Source: Oligoflexia bacterium
GTDB taxonomy: Bacteria > Bdellovibrionota_C > UBA2361 > JBGSMV01
Direction: 5' to 3'
Length of the DNA stretch: 64,000 bases
NCBI GenBank assembly: GCA_019694515.1
Contig: JAIBBU010000001.1
Location: 235,716 to 299,715 of the forward strand
The first letter of the stretch is position 1; every line of letters begins with the position of its first letter. Under the pieces are notes generated by a model. That model saw only the letters and a program-made list of their open reading frames with translations. It ran no database searches and had not been told where the DNA came from. The position numbers and the translations under genes are program-made. Of the stretch, positions 45,443 to 55,682 are shown piece after piece.

Positions 45443-47230
45443 GTGGCAGAGCTTAGACTTCGAGGAGATTTTTCAGTAGAGCCTTGCGCGCCAGCGCAGT
45501 CGCCAGTGACTAGCGTCCCGCCCCAAGTTATCGCTCCGGCGCCGTCAGGAGAGCCGCGACTTGCGGCTCCGATCGCATCAGCCCCGGAACTTCCTGGGCC
45601 GCCGCCCCCCGCAAGTATCGAATTGGCCGCCCATAATATTTCGCCTCCGGTTAAGGATCGAACCGTTGTCCCAATTCCGGCCAAGCAAGTACTTGCACTT
45701 TTGCAGGCGCTGTCATCAGAAACTGGATTGCGGATGAGCGCAGCGCAGCTCGCTGCGATTGAGCAGGCGGGCTTGATTGAAGTTAGAGATCCTGCCGAGC
45801 AGCTAGCGATTATTAATTCCTCCAAGCAATATCAGAAAACCGCCGAAGCGCAGCGCACATTCGAGCAAGCACTTGAGCAGACGCGGGCTAAAATCGCCGA
45901 GCTCGAACAGGAGCAAAGATCCCTGTGGCGCCGCTTTAATTCGTTCCTGTTCGGAGCTAAAGATATTGTAAATAGCGAGCTCGATTCGCTCAGACTAAAG
46001 CTGCCCCTGCTCGAACAAAATGCCGCGACTGCCCAGGAAAAGCTTAGTGCTATGCCTGAGCCGCAGGATGAGGACGGCGGATTTTTTGAGTGCGGCTCGG
46101 GCTTCGTTAAAATCTCTGATCAGGGTCGGGAGTTTCTCGAATGCAGCGAGGATCCTGAAAATCTGTTTTTAGGTATGAATTTGCAGCAGGCCGTGGCAGC
46201 CCGGCAGCGGTTGGACCTGGCGCTTCAGGACAGGCGGAGCTTGTGCCGCGATCACACCGAAATTGGACCTGAAGAGGCTATGCAGCTTGTAATTTTGGCG
46301 CAGCATAGATCGGTTTCGATGCCGCAGCTGCTCAAGGACCTAAAGAGCTTACAGACACGCGAGGATTTGGGAACCGAGGCTGCGGTGCTGTTGCTGGATG
46401 GCAGCCTGCGCTATGACTTGCCGCTCGAGCGGCTGTTGGAATACTGGGAACGGGCCTACAAGATTGAGGGGGCGGGGGATTTTTCGGCGGCGCAGTTGGC
46501 GGTTGCAGCGCTGCGCAGCGCTATCCCGCTTGATAATCTCCTGCAGTCCTTCATGAAGGCCTACGATGAACCCGGCATAAATGATTATGCAGCGACGGAA
46601 CTCGCTTGCCTGGCCACGGCGCACAGCTTAAATCTGGATAAGCTGATTAGAAATTGTAAGGCGCTTGATAAGACCAAAGGTTTGGGAACGGTCTGTGCGG
46701 CACGGCTAGTGTCAGTAGCATCTGCCACCAATACTCCGCTCCCTGATGTGATCAAGCTATTTACGGAGTTCTATGAAGTGCGCGGAATAAATCAGCATGC
46801 AGCACTGTATCTGACCAGCGCAGCGGCGCGAAGCCGAGTAGCGGCCTCCTTGTACATCGAAGAGTGGCGGAAATGGTTCGGATTGGACGAGAGCATACCC
46901 GGGCTGGCGGCTGCGCAGCTGGCGATTTGCACTTTGGAACACTCCGTTCCGTTTGACAATCTTTGCGCGCTTTACCGCTATCCAATCTCAGCGCTCAAGT
47001 CAGACGCCGATGCAACGCTGGCGATAGTAGAGGGGCTGACCTCGCAAGCCGTCAGGGAGGAGCAATCGGTGCCAGCTGCTCCAATGCAGACGATCCCGTC
47101 TGCCGCTTATAGGCCCTTAGAGGAGCTGGAGAACTCCGGGTTGGCGTCATTGCATCTCGCGGGATGGGTGGATTTGGGCAGCGAATTCTTTTTCTACGGC
47201 ATGAAATCCGGTCTATTTCTACGCCACTAA
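45443..47230 (+). CDS. hypothetical protein: Pro-rich N-terminus, coiled coil, and ~5 tandem degenerate ~35-40-aa Ala/Leu-rich repeats
   Basis: 595 aa. Repeats such as DFSAAQLAVAALRSAIPLDNLLQSFMKAY / DYAATELACLATAHSLNLDKLIRNCKAL / NQHAALYLTSAAARSRVAASLYIEEWRKWF / GLAAAQLAICTLEHSVPFDNLCALYR span about 46440-47000. No known family recognised. Confidence 0.5.
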   Translation: MAELRLRGDFSVEPCAPAQSPVTSVPPQVIAPAPSGEPRLAAPIASAPELPGPPPPASIELAAHNISPPVKDRTVVPIPAKQVLALLQALSSETGLRMSAAQLAAIEQAGLIEVRDPAEQLAIINSSKQYQKTAEAQRTFEQALEQTRAKIAELEQEQRSLWRRFNSFLFGAKDIVNSELDSLRLKLPLLEQNAATAQEKLSAMPEPQDEDGGFFECGSGFVKISDQGREFLECSEDPENLFLGMNLQQAVAARQRLDLALQDRRSLCRDHTEIGPEEAMQLVILAQHRSVSMPQLLKDLKSLQTREDLGTEAAVLLLDGSLRYDLPLERLLEYWERAYKIEGAGDFSAAQLAVAALRSAIPLDNLLQSFMKAYDEPGINDYAATELACLATAHSLNLDKLIRNCKALDKTKGLGTVCAARLVSVASATNTPLPDVIKLFTEFYEVRGINQHAALYLTSAAARSRVAASLYIEEWRKWFGLDESIPGLAAAQLAICTLEHSVPFDNLCALYRYPISALKSDADATLAIVEGLTSQAVREEQSVPAAPMQTIPSAAYRPLEELENSGLASLHLAGWVDLGSEFFFYGMKSGLFLRH

Positions 47231-47316
47231 TGGCGGGCCCCCGCCCGTGCCCGCAGCCGCTGAATTAGAGCAAAACCTCCCCCTGCACAAGCACCCTGTG
47301 TGCATTTTGGGCGGGT

Positions 47317-48177
47317 GTGGTATTACTGCAAACCATGAATTCAAAGGATTTGGGCCCGCTCAGCCATACCGAGGCGGCAATTGGAGTCTTTGATAGCGGC
47401 CTGGGGGGATTAACTGTTTTGAAGGAGCTAAAGCTCCGCCTGCCCCAAGAACGCTATATTTATTTGGGCGACACCGCACGCACGCCCTACGGTTCAAAAG
47501 GGCGTGAGACCATCATTAGATTCGCGCGCGAATGCTCCGAGTTTCTTTTTGATTGGGGCATTAAGATGCTGGTGGTGGCCTGCAATACCGCTTCTTCCTA
47601 TGCGATCGAGGCACTACGGGCTGAATCGCCGATTCCAATATTGGGTACGATCGATGCTGCCGCAAGGCAAGCGCTGCAGGTCACCCGAACCGGGAAGATC
47701 GGTGTAATCGGAACGGACGCAACTATCGCGAGCCGTGCGTTTGAGAAGGCTCTGCAGCGCGACGGATTCAAGCACGCGCTTCATTCCAAAGCATGCCCAC
47801 TGTTTGTCCCGTTGGTGGAACAGGGTATGTGCGAGGGCGAGATTGTCGAGAAGATTGTGGAGCTTTACCTGAGCGATTTTCGGAGAGCCGATCTTGATAC
47901 CTTAATTCTGGGCTGCACCCACTATCCACTGCTCAAGAATGTCATCCAAGAATTTCTTGGCGCGGAGGTGCGGATTGTCGAGTGCTCAGCAGCTCTGGCG
48001 GAGGAAGCCGGAAGTTTATTGCCGGAATATGTGCTGAGCAAAACGTCGCCACTAAAGAAAGATCGGCTTTTTATTACCGACGACACTCCAAAATTCGAAT
48101 CCATGGCCGCTTTTATTCTGGGCTCTTCAAAACTGTCCGTTGAGCGCGCTATGCTGGGCGAAGGAGCAAGACCATGA
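47317..48177 (+). CDS. murI: glutamate racemase
   Basis: MurI motifs ([17 protein letters not shown] ; VVACNTAS ; [10 protein letters not shown]). Confidence 0.9.
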   Translation: MVLLQTMNSKDLGPLSHTEAAIGVFDSGLGGLTVLKELKLRLPQERYIYLGDTARTPYGSKGRETIIRFARECSEFLFDWGIKMLVVACNTASSYAIEALRAESPIPILGTIDAAARQALQVTRTGKIGVIGTDATIASRAFEKALQRDGFKHALHSKACPLFVPLVEQGMCEGEIVEKIVELYLSDFRRADLDTLILGCTHYPLLKNVIQEFLGAEVRIVECSAALAEEAGSLLPEYVLSKTSPLKKDRLFITDDTPKFESMAAFILGSSKLSVERAMLGEGARP

Positions 48178-49040
48178 AAGGGATCGTGTTAGCGGGGGGA
48201 TCTGGGACTCGGTTGTATCCGATCACTCGGGCTGTGAGTAAGCAGCTGCTGCCGATCTACAATAAGCCCATGGTCTATTATCCGATCTCCACTCTGATGT
48301 TAGCGGGGATACGGGAGATCCTGATTATCACGACACCTCATGATCAGGACGCTTTCCGCCGTCTGCTGGGGGACGGAAGTTGGTTGGGAGTAGACATCTC
48401 ATACGCTGTACAACCGGCTCCCGGTGGACTGGCGCAGGCTTTCCTGATTGGCGAAGAATTCATTGCCGATCAGAAGGTGGCTTTAGCGTTGGGCGATAAT
48501 ATCTTTTACGGCCACGGTCTCCCTGAAAGTTTGCGCTCTGCTGCTCAGCGTACTAGCGGGGCAACTGTCTTCGCTTATCGGGTCAAGGATCCTGAACGGT
48601 ATGGAGTGATTGAGCTGGACCGTTCCGGTAAGCCGCTTAGTATTGAAGAGAAGCCGCGGCAGCCTCGTTCTAATTTGGCCGTAACGGGCCTTTATTTCTA
48701 CGATCAGGATGTCGTCGAGATTGCTAAAGGGCTCAAACCTTCGGCGCGCGGAGAGCTGGAAATTACCGATATCAATCTGCATTACCTGAAGCGTAACAGA
48801 CTGCATGTCGAAACGCTGGGACGTGGTGTGGCTTGGTTGGACACGGGCACCTATGAATCGCTGGTACAAGCGGGCGCGTTTATCGAGGCGATTGAATCTC
48901 GACAGGGGCAGATGATCGGATGTTTAGAGGAGATTGCCTACAGTCTAGGTTATATTGATGCCGATCGTTTGAGAGAGATCGCCGGCGAGTTAAAGAAGAA
49001 TTCCTACGGTGAGTATCTGCTAGCTCTAATCGATGGCTAG
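48174..49040 (+). CDS. rfbA: glucose-1-phosphate thymidylyltransferase
   Basis: [52 protein letters not shown] is near-canonical RfbA/RmlA. 288 aa. Overlaps murI by 4 nt. Confidence 0.9.
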   Translation: MKGIVLAGGSGTRLYPITRAVSKQLLPIYNKPMVYYPISTLMLAGIREILIITTPHDQDAFRRLLGDGSWLGVDISYAVQPAPGGLAQAFLIGEEFIADQKVALALGDNIFYGHGLPESLRSAAQRTSGATVFAYRVKDPERYGVIELDRSGKPLSIEEKPRQPRSNLAVTGLYFYDQDVVEIAKGLKPSARGELEITDINLHYLKRNRLHVETLGRGVAWLDTGTYESLVQAGAFIEAIESRQGQMIGCLEEIAYSLGYIDADRLREIAGELKKNSYGEYLLALIDG

Positions 49041-49048
49041 CTCCCGTC

Positions 49049-50041
49049 CTATTTGCCTGGACCTCGAGAAATTAACTTCTCCAGCTCGGGTTCGATTACC
49101 TCGCGTAATGCCGCCACGGCATCGCCTGCTCCGCCGTGGAACTTAATGCGGTGAAGCAGAACCAAGGGAGCGATAAACTTTAAATCATCCTCCGTTGCGA
49201 ATTCGCGTCCGTTGACGAAGGCCCAGCCGCGCATCCCGCGTTGCAGCATTAGAGCGGCTCTGGTGGAAGCTCCGAACTGCAGTAAAGGGCTATTTCGAGT
49301 GGCCCGCACCAGATCTACTACGGCTTCGCGCAGCGCCGGGGTAAGGAAAACGCCCTCCGCGGACTTGCGTGCTTCAAGCACTTCGCTGCGGGTGCAAACC
49401 GGGGAAAGGTGACCGACGTTGTGCTGAATTTCGTCGTGATGAGCCAAGATCTCAATTTCGGTCGTCCGATCGACATACGACATCGGGATCTTGAACATAA
49501 ATCGATCAAGCTGCACTAGCGGCAGGGGATAAGTACCGGCAAAATCGAGAGGATTCTGCGTGCCCACGACGAAGAACAATTGATCGAGTTGGTGGGTCAC
49601 GTTGTCAATCGTGACCTGCTTTTCGGCCATACATTCCAAAAAGGCCGCCTGAACCTTCGGTCCGGTGCGGTTGATCTCGTCCGCCAGCACGACATGCGCA
49701 AAGACAGGTCCGTGCATGAAATGAAAGCGCCCCGTCTTGGGATCGAAGATGTTAACCCCCAGCACGTCGCCGGGAAGCATGTCCGGGGTGAACTGAATTC
49801 TTCTGAAAGGCAAGATCGGACCGGAAGCGGCAGCATGATCCTCGCCGATTAATCCCCCCAACGTCTTGGTCAGAGTGGTTTTTCCCGAACCGGGATAGTC
49901 CTCTAGCAAGACATGTCCGTCAGCAATCAATGCGGCCAGAAGCAGGTTGATGGTGTCTTCGCGGCCCTTGATAACTCTAGTGAGCCCGCCTTTTAATCTC
50001 TCAACGGTGTTGAAATGTTTAGAAAAATCGTGGGTGGTCAT
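49049..50041 (-). CDS. MoxR-family AAA+ ATPase
   Basis: AAA_3-type Walker A (LLEDYPGSGKTTLTK). Walker B (VVLADEINR). About 330 aa, typical of MoxR. Confidence 0.9.
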   Translation of the reverse strand: MTTHDFSKHFNTVERLKGGLTRVIKGREDTINLLLAALIADGHVLLEDYPGSGKTTLTKTLGGLIGEDHAAASGPILPFRRIQFTPDMLPGDVLGVNIFDPKTGRFHFMHGPVFAHVVLADEINRTGPKVQAAFLECMAEKQVTIDNVTHQLDQLFFVVGTQNPLDFAGTYPLPLVQLDRFMFKIPMSYVDRTTEIEILAHHDEIQHNVGHLSPVCTRSEVLEARKSAEGVFLTPALREAVVDLVRATRNSPLLQFGASTRAALMLQRGMRGWAFVNGREFATEDDLKFIAPLVLLHRIKFHGGAGDAVAALREVIEPELEKLISRGPGK

Positions 50042-50104
50042 TGAATGATGCTAACTACAAACCGTGACCTGGGCAATAGAAGCTCTTGCCGCTGCTTATG
50101 ATTG

Positions 50105-51997
50105 CTATTGCAGTTGCACGCTAAAAACCTGCTGCGCAAAACTATTTACGGCATCTTCGATTTTGGCTGCGGTCACCGAGATTTCCCCGAACCCAGGTAC
50201 GCTGGATGTAAAGCGCAGCACTGTTGCGCCATTCTCGATCCGAGCGCTCACCAAAAATGGCAGACTGCGGTTGTTGTCCACCGCGAAAGCACTGTCTGCT
50301 AGAGCCTTCTCAACCTCGGGGTATCCCGGCGGTGAGAAATTTATGGGCAGTTTGAAGCCGTGCGATCGGAGCGCTGCGCGGGATAATTTAAATATCTCGA
50401 TAGCAATGTCCTGATATTGTGCACTGTTGGGTCGGGCTAATCCCAATTCAAGTAGCAGTGCTTGGGCGCGCAGGGCGTCGTCATAGCGATCGCGCGCTTC
50501 TGACAAGGCTTGACGAACTAGACCGGCGCCGGCCTGTGAATCGCCATGCTCTAGTAGATTCGCCGCGCGATAGATTTCGTAGAATGGCTTCGATGCCGGG
50601 CGTTTGTCATGCGCAGTCTCGATTTGGGTGCGTTTTTCAAAAGCTTTCCGGGGCAGAGCGCGCGCCACGTCGCCTAGACTGGCGTAATCCAACATGCTGT
50701 CGGTATGTCGAACGTAGAGGTCTTCGAAATTGGAGAGGTTCTCCACTAAAATTTGACGTGCGCGACGCATTAACCACCAAGCCCGAAACTTATTTGCGGC
50801 GCGGTCCTTGATCGCACTGAGCCAGTCTGAAGTATGTTCGAAGAGAGTAGTAGCAATGATGTTGTTCTTGGCGCGCAAGGCTTGCGAGAGCGAAATCAGA
50901 GCGGCTGCCCGTAAATCTTCTTCGCTCGTGCCGATTTTACCGAACCACTGTTGTTTCTGAAGCGCTTCCTCAAAATGGTCTACCGCTTGATCGATCGCTC
51001 CTGCCTGCAGCGCTATTCGGCCGCGTGCGAAGTGCACCAGCGCACGGTGCTCCTCTCCATTTCGCAAAGGATATTGGGCCACGCAGCTTTCAAAAGCATC
51101 AATGGTTTGTTTGGCGCGCAGTAAGTTGCCCTGATCCAGATACAGCATGGTTAGGTTGAGGCTCGGCAGCACGTGCTCGCAGCCATCAGGCAGCCGTGTC
51201 GATTTGAGCCAGGAGCTCTCAGCCTGATCCTCATTGAAGATCTCCTCATAAACCTCACCGGCGTTGTTGAGCGGAGTCGCAGGGCGGCCGGTGCGACCAA
51301 GCGAGAGCTCATACTCTACGGCTTGCTTGAAAACCTTGAGCGAGTCTTCGCGCTGGTCGCTCATAGAGAGCAGTATGCCCAGCATGTTCAGGGTGCGGCC
51401 CGGTTCGGCTCCCGACAAAATTCCCATGCGCGCAACCTTAATCGCCTCATTGACCCTTCCCAGCTTCATCAGCACCCAAGCGCGTGTGCCAGGATACCAG
51501 TCACGGTAATATCCGAGCCTGCTATATTGATCGAGTACTTCCAGAGAACCTTGATAATCGTCAAGGTTCAGGCGGGCTTGGGCCAGTAGGTACAAAATCT
51601 GATCGTGCTGAGTTTGTGCCATGAAGTCGGAATAAGGTGGCTTTCCGTTCTTCGCCTCGAATAACTTTTGGGCCTGCAGCACATACTTCAAGGCCAATCG
51701 GAAATGTCCGACCTCCTCCATGTAATATCCGGATAACAGCAAATGGGCCCGATAGTCCTCGGGACTGCGCGCTAATGCCTTTAATAGTTTGGTGCGTGCA
51801 TCTAACGGCCGCTCGTCCTGAAATAGCACCATGGCTTCGTCGATCAGTTCATCGGCGCTTTTGTCTTTGTCGGAGTCCTGCGCACTGGACTGAGATTGAT
51901 CGGCTGCAAATGGGTCCAGGGGATCGTGTACGTCAGCCACCGCGCTGGAGCCGAGCAACCATAGACATGTACCGAGGAAAAGGAAACTAATTCTCAT
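50105..51997 (-). CDS. secreted tetratricopeptide-repeat (TPR) protein
   Basis: 630 aa. Signal peptide (LFLGTCLWLLGSSAVA). Multiple TPR-like helical hairpins (…AHLLLSGYYMEEVGHFRLALKYVLQAQKLF…). Overlaps the transglutaminase gene by 4 nt. Confidence 0.7.
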   Translation of the reverse strand: MRISFLFLGTCLWLLGSSAVADVHDPLDPFAADQSQSSAQDSDKDKSADELIDEAMVLFQDERPLDARTKLLKALARSPEDYRAHLLLSGYYMEEVGHFRLALKYVLQAQKLFEAKNGKPPYSDFMAQTQHDQILYLLAQARLNLDDYQGSLEVLDQYSRLGYYRDWYPGTRAWVLMKLGRVNEAIKVARMGILSGAEPGRTLNMLGILLSMSDQREDSLKVFKQAVEYELSLGRTGRPATPLNNAGEVYEEIFNEDQAESSWLKSTRLPDGCEHVLPSLNLTMLYLDQGNLLRAKQTIDAFESCVAQYPLRNGEEHRALVHFARGRIALQAGAIDQAVDHFEEALQKQQWFGKIGTSEEDLRAAALISLSQALRAKNNIIATTLFEHTSDWLSAIKDRAANKFRAWWLMRRARQILVENLSNFEDLYVRHTDSMLDYASLGDVARALPRKAFEKRTQIETAHDKRPASKPFYEIYRAANLLEHGDSQAGAGLVRQALSEARDRYDDALRAQALLLELGLARPNSAQYQDIAIEIFKLSRAALRSHGFKLPINFSPPGYPEVEKALADSAFAVDNNRSLPFLVSARIENGATVLRFTSSVPGFGEISVTAAKIEDAVNSFAQQVFSVQLQ

Positions 51998-54219
51998 CGC
52001 ATGGGCCTTCTAGATAAGAGCAGCAGGGCCGAGCCGGGCAACAGCCAGCCTAGCAGCCGTTTCCATCGCGGAATCTGCTGCAGGCATGCGAGATCGTGCT
52101 TTAATATTTCGCGAATCTGCTGGTTGGAAAAAGCGGCGGCGCCAGTTTTTGAAAAACGCAGCAAATTGTACGGCTCCGTCAGAGTCAAGGCGGGAGTTTT
52201 AAAATGGGCACTTAGTCGCTGCCGGAATTCCTGCCTGGTTTCGCCCCGCGCCCTCGAGACGCCGACATCAGCAAGCTGCGATATCAAGGCGCGATAAGCG
52301 CGCCGCAGTACATTGCTGTTGGAAGCTGGCAGAAGCCATCCGTAGCGCAAATAGAGCTTAGATACGATCGCGATGAGCAGTGCCAGTGCCGCCAAGACCG
52401 CCAATACTCTGGCACCCGGAAGTTCGAGATTGCGCGGTTCTTGTAGTCCAATCTCCTCCTTGCCGGTTTCTTTGGGCAGGATCTCTTCGCCCGGACCGAT
52501 TGCCCCCATCAGTTCCTCTAGGAGCTTCATATCGACCGCGGATTCGGCATGGCTCTCTACATGTTCAGGCTGCGTATCAAAGGGCACCCAACCGAAACTT
52601 TGCACGTAAATTTCGGCCCAGGCATGCCGATCGCTCATGCGCAGCAAAATGTGTCCGTCCTTCGCCTGGCTAAGGTCCGTCAGGTAGCCGGTCCCGATAC
52701 GGGCTGGAATACCAAGCGCCCGCGCCATATACACCGTGGCATGGGCGAAATGCACGCAATAGCCTCGCTTGTCGCCGAATAGGAAAGGAGCTACTGGATC
52801 CTGGCCTTTTGGGACGTCGTGATTCGGGGTCAAGGTATAAATGGCGTTGGCGTTTAGATACCCGACTAAGGCCGAGACCCGCGCTACCGGATCGGTGATG
52901 TTGGCGGTTAATTGCTGCGCCAATTCTGTGTAGCGCGAGTCGGTGTGGGTCTTAAGGTAATGCTGCCGTACCTCGGGACTCCAGCGCGGATCCCCAACCG
53001 GATGTTCGCGCAGCTGTTCTAAGCCAAACGCCGGAGCGATGGAATAAGCACGATAAGCCGCCTTGAAGCGTGAGGGGTCGGGGTTCTTTAGTCGCGTCAG
53101 AGTTAACGGATAATCGAGCGCGAATGCGCTGTCATGATCGGTCAGTAAGAATACCGACTGCGTCAGGGGGGTGCGGTATTCCAATGTGGCATCCTCGGTC
53201 CCGGTAAAGGCTTCCTCCGGGCCGGTGCGACTAATATCAGAATCAAACTCTGGAGGAGCTAGCACCATTTCATACCCGTTAAAGGTTGATAAAGCGCTTT
53301 CTCTCAGATACATCATGGGTGTGAAAGGGTTGGCAGAATAATCACCCTCTAATCGCACCAGGGCTGAAGGTTGATTGGTCGTGCCGAGCGCAGAGTGAAA
53401 TCCAAGCGGACTGATTCCCTCGGTTTGCTCTTGGCCTACGCCGTTGGCGGTTCTGGTGGCGACTAAGATCGAGTAGTGTGAGTAAATCTGCTGAGATATC
53501 AAAAAAACTACAGTCCCGCAAAGTCCTGCGGCCGCTAACCTGCTTCCGGCATTGCGTCCGGGATGATGAGATCGAATTGTTACGGCGTTCAGCCGCGCCA
53601 CCGGCCGTGTGGGGATCGTCGCCAATAGCAGATAGCCCAGCGCTAAAGCGATAATGATCACACCAACCATGATCAGCATGGTCAGATGTTCAACTCCCAC
53701 GAACCAGGCCATTGAAGAAATGATCGAGGGTGTGTCTAAATGGAAATTGCGGTGCCCGGAGAATAAATAGATCGAGATTGCGCAGATCAGCACGCTTTCG
53801 AGGGTGCAAACGACTTCGAAGCGCCAGAAGCTCCAGCTAGAGAGGAGGAAGAAAGCGAAAAAATAGAAGGCTAAGTCAGCATGCTGCAACAGCGCAAAGA
53901 GCGCCAAGCTATGCTCGCCGCTCAGCGGGTTAACCGTATCGGCTAGGCCAAAAAGAGCACGATACATCAGAAAGAATATTCCTAATCCCAGCACAGGAGC
54001 GGCGCTGCGCAGTCGAGAAAAGGACAGAATGGAGCCGCATATAACTCCGGCAGCAGCGCAGAAGCCCACAACCGTGGTGGCCGTTCCAAATTCAATCAGG
54101 CGATTAGCCAGAACGGTGAACGCGACCGCAAAAAGCGCGCGCATGATGGTAATGGTGCTAAAGGTGAATCGGGCCGGGGCCGACTGCAGGGCTGGATGGG
54201 CTCGCAGTGCGCCTAACAT
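51994..54219 (-). CDS. transglutaminase-like membrane protein (DUF3488 N-terminal TM region + TGase core)
   Basis: TGase catalytic Cys motif KRGYCVHFAHATVYMARALGIPARIGTGY, with downstream His/Asp (DRHAWAEIY). Multi-TM N-terminal half. Confidence 0.8.
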   Translation of the reverse strand: MLGALRAHPALQSAPARFTFSTITIMRALFAVAFTVLANRLIEFGTATTVVGFCAAAGVICGSILSFSRLRSAAPVLGLGIFFLMYRALFGLADTVNPLSGEHSLALFALLQHADLAFYFFAFFLLSSWSFWRFEVVCTLESVLICAISIYLFSGHRNFHLDTPSIISSMAWFVGVEHLTMLIMVGVIIIALALGYLLLATIPTRPVARLNAVTIRSHHPGRNAGSRLAAAGLCGTVVFLISQQIYSHYSILVATRTANGVGQEQTEGISPLGFHSALGTTNQPSALVRLEGDYSANPFTPMMYLRESALSTFNGYEMVLAPPEFDSDISRTGPEEAFTGTEDATLEYRTPLTQSVFLLTDHDSAFALDYPLTLTRLKNPDPSRFKAAYRAYSIAPAFGLEQLREHPVGDPRWSPEVRQHYLKTHTDSRYTELAQQLTANITDPVARVSALVGYLNANAIYTLTPNHDVPKGQDPVAPFLFGDKRGYCVHFAHATVYMARALGIPARIGTGYLTDLSQAKDGHILLRMSDRHAWAEIYVQSFGWVPFDTQPEHVESHAESAVDMKLLEELMGAIGPGEEILPKETGKEEIGLQEPRNLELPGARVLAVLAALALLIAIVSKLYLRYGWLLPASNSNVLRRAYRALISQLADVGVSRARGETRQEFRQRLSAHFKTPALTLTEPYNLLRFSKTGAAAFSNQQIREILKHDLACLQQIPRWKRLLGWLLPGSALLLLSRRPMR

Positions 54220-55595
54220 GAAATTACCTCCCAGCCATGCTGAGCGCAGCTGCGCATGAACGCCGGATCTGACACGACCCTCTTAGGGAGACTGCTTTCA
54301 TATACTAGACTGCGGAGCGCCATAGTTCCTAAAGCGTGACGCACGCTGCTGTCAGTGTGAGCCGCGCGTTGCTCGGAAGAGGAGTGATCGAGGACGCTGA
54401 ACAACACTGGTTTGATCTGCCTCTCATCCAGGGCTTTGAAGCCATCAATTAAGGCCTGCGATAGTATGGGGTTGGAAAGTCGGGCGGGAGAGGCAAAAAT
54501 AATGATCTTGCTGATGCGGCCGCTTCGAAAAATCGCTGTAGAACGCTCGATCAATGCCATCAGCTGATGCTTTACGGCGGTCGGCTCCGGCGCGAGTGTT
54601 TCCCAAACACTTTCTACTAATAGTTCTTCGACGGCTTCGGGTGTATGTGCGAAACGTTCGGAATCCGCATTTCCCTCGCAGTTAAAGATTAACTCCAATC
54701 CCAACTCTTTAAGCTTGCGCGCATAAGCTATGCAGGCGCCGCAAACTCGATCGTCCTCCGGTCCCGCCAGCGCGAAGATAATTACCTGTCCTTCGGGGGT
54801 CATAGAGCGTTCGGCGTGTCTCGAGATCAGAGTGCCGCTCTTGGCGTAAAGCTTCCATAAAATTTTCCGCATGCCATCTGAGGGATGGTAAGGCTTGAGA
54901 TCAAAGGGATCGCCCTGCGGCTCAACTATATCGCTCAAAGAATCGCCATCACGTTGGCAGGAGCTAACTACCGGAAGTGAGTCGAATGATAGGTGAGGCG
55001 GCTTAATATTCAAGGAGTGATCCGAGAGGCGTTCGTCCAGTTTCCAGTTGAACTTGGTGAGTCCAAATTGATCCGAGAGTCCAGCCGAGATACGGGCTAG
55101 GGACCAGTTGCCCCGGTGAGGAAAGATAATATCCTCAAAGGTCGTACCGCCATGTTTAAGGCTGGTCGTAATGCGATGGAAAGAAGTTGCAACACGGCCA
55201 TGACGGAAATATAAGCGCAGCTCCAGCACAAAGAACGGCGGCAGAACCAAGCGCGATAGTCTGATAAAGATTCTAACCGCTGTGCCGCTTACTAAATCTC
55301 CATGATTTGGGACGAGGCTCGCATTTCGATCGGGCAGAGAAAGATTGACGCCAAGATCGCGGCGCAGTTGAAGACCCTTCCAGGTGGTAATGGCCAAGAT
55401 TGAGAGGGCTAGTGTCAGTAGCGACAGGCACACTACGGCTGCAACGATATCCGCATCCTTCCAGACTGGGCCGGCCAGGAGCAATAACAGTGCAATCAAG
55501 GTGACGAAGCCGCGCGAGGTCAGAACCAGCTGAAAGGCTTCAATCTGTTCGAGGGCCGCTCTGAGTCGGGCAGGTGCCTTGTAGCGTGAAAACAT
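54213..55595 (-). CDS. DUF58-family protein (vWA-like, MoxR-associated)
   Basis: DUF58 signature DLKPYHPSDGMRKILWKLYAKSGTLISRHAE. N-terminal TM hairpin. Overlaps the TGase gene by 7 nt. Confidence 0.75.
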   Translation of the reverse strand: MFSRYKAPARLRAALEQIEAFQLVLTSRGFVTLIALLLLLAGPVWKDADIVAAVVCLSLLTLALSILAITTWKGLQLRRDLGVNLSLPDRNASLVPNHGDLVSGTAVRIFIRLSRLVLPPFFVLELRLYFRHGRVATSFHRITTSLKHGGTTFEDIIFPHRGNWSLARISAGLSDQFGLTKFNWKLDERLSDHSLNIKPPHLSFDSLPVVSSCQRDGDSLSDIVEPQGDPFDLKPYHPSDGMRKILWKLYAKSGTLISRHAERSMTPEGQVIIFALAGPEDDRVCGACIAYARKLKELGLELIFNCEGNADSERFAHTPEAVEELLVESVWETLAPEPTAVKHQLMALIERSTAIFRSGRISKIIIFASPARLSNPILSQALIDGFKALDERQIKPVLFSVLDHSSSEQRAAHTDSSVRHALGTMALRSLVYESSLPKRVVSDPAFMRSCAQHGWEVISC

Positions 55596-55682
55596 ATCAA
55601 GAATATCGTAACGCGGCTGGCGGTGCCCCGAAATAGAGCGAATCCTTGGCTACGCCCCGGCCGCGTCGGTGAGACAAACGGA

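Noticed and set aside
50064-51990. Plus-strand ORFs inside the TPR gene (50064..50414, 50419..50811, 51173..51589, 51637..51990)
   Set aside because: They are antisense to a 630-aa TPR gene whose own frame is continuous and carries a signal peptide. They have no RBS or motifs.
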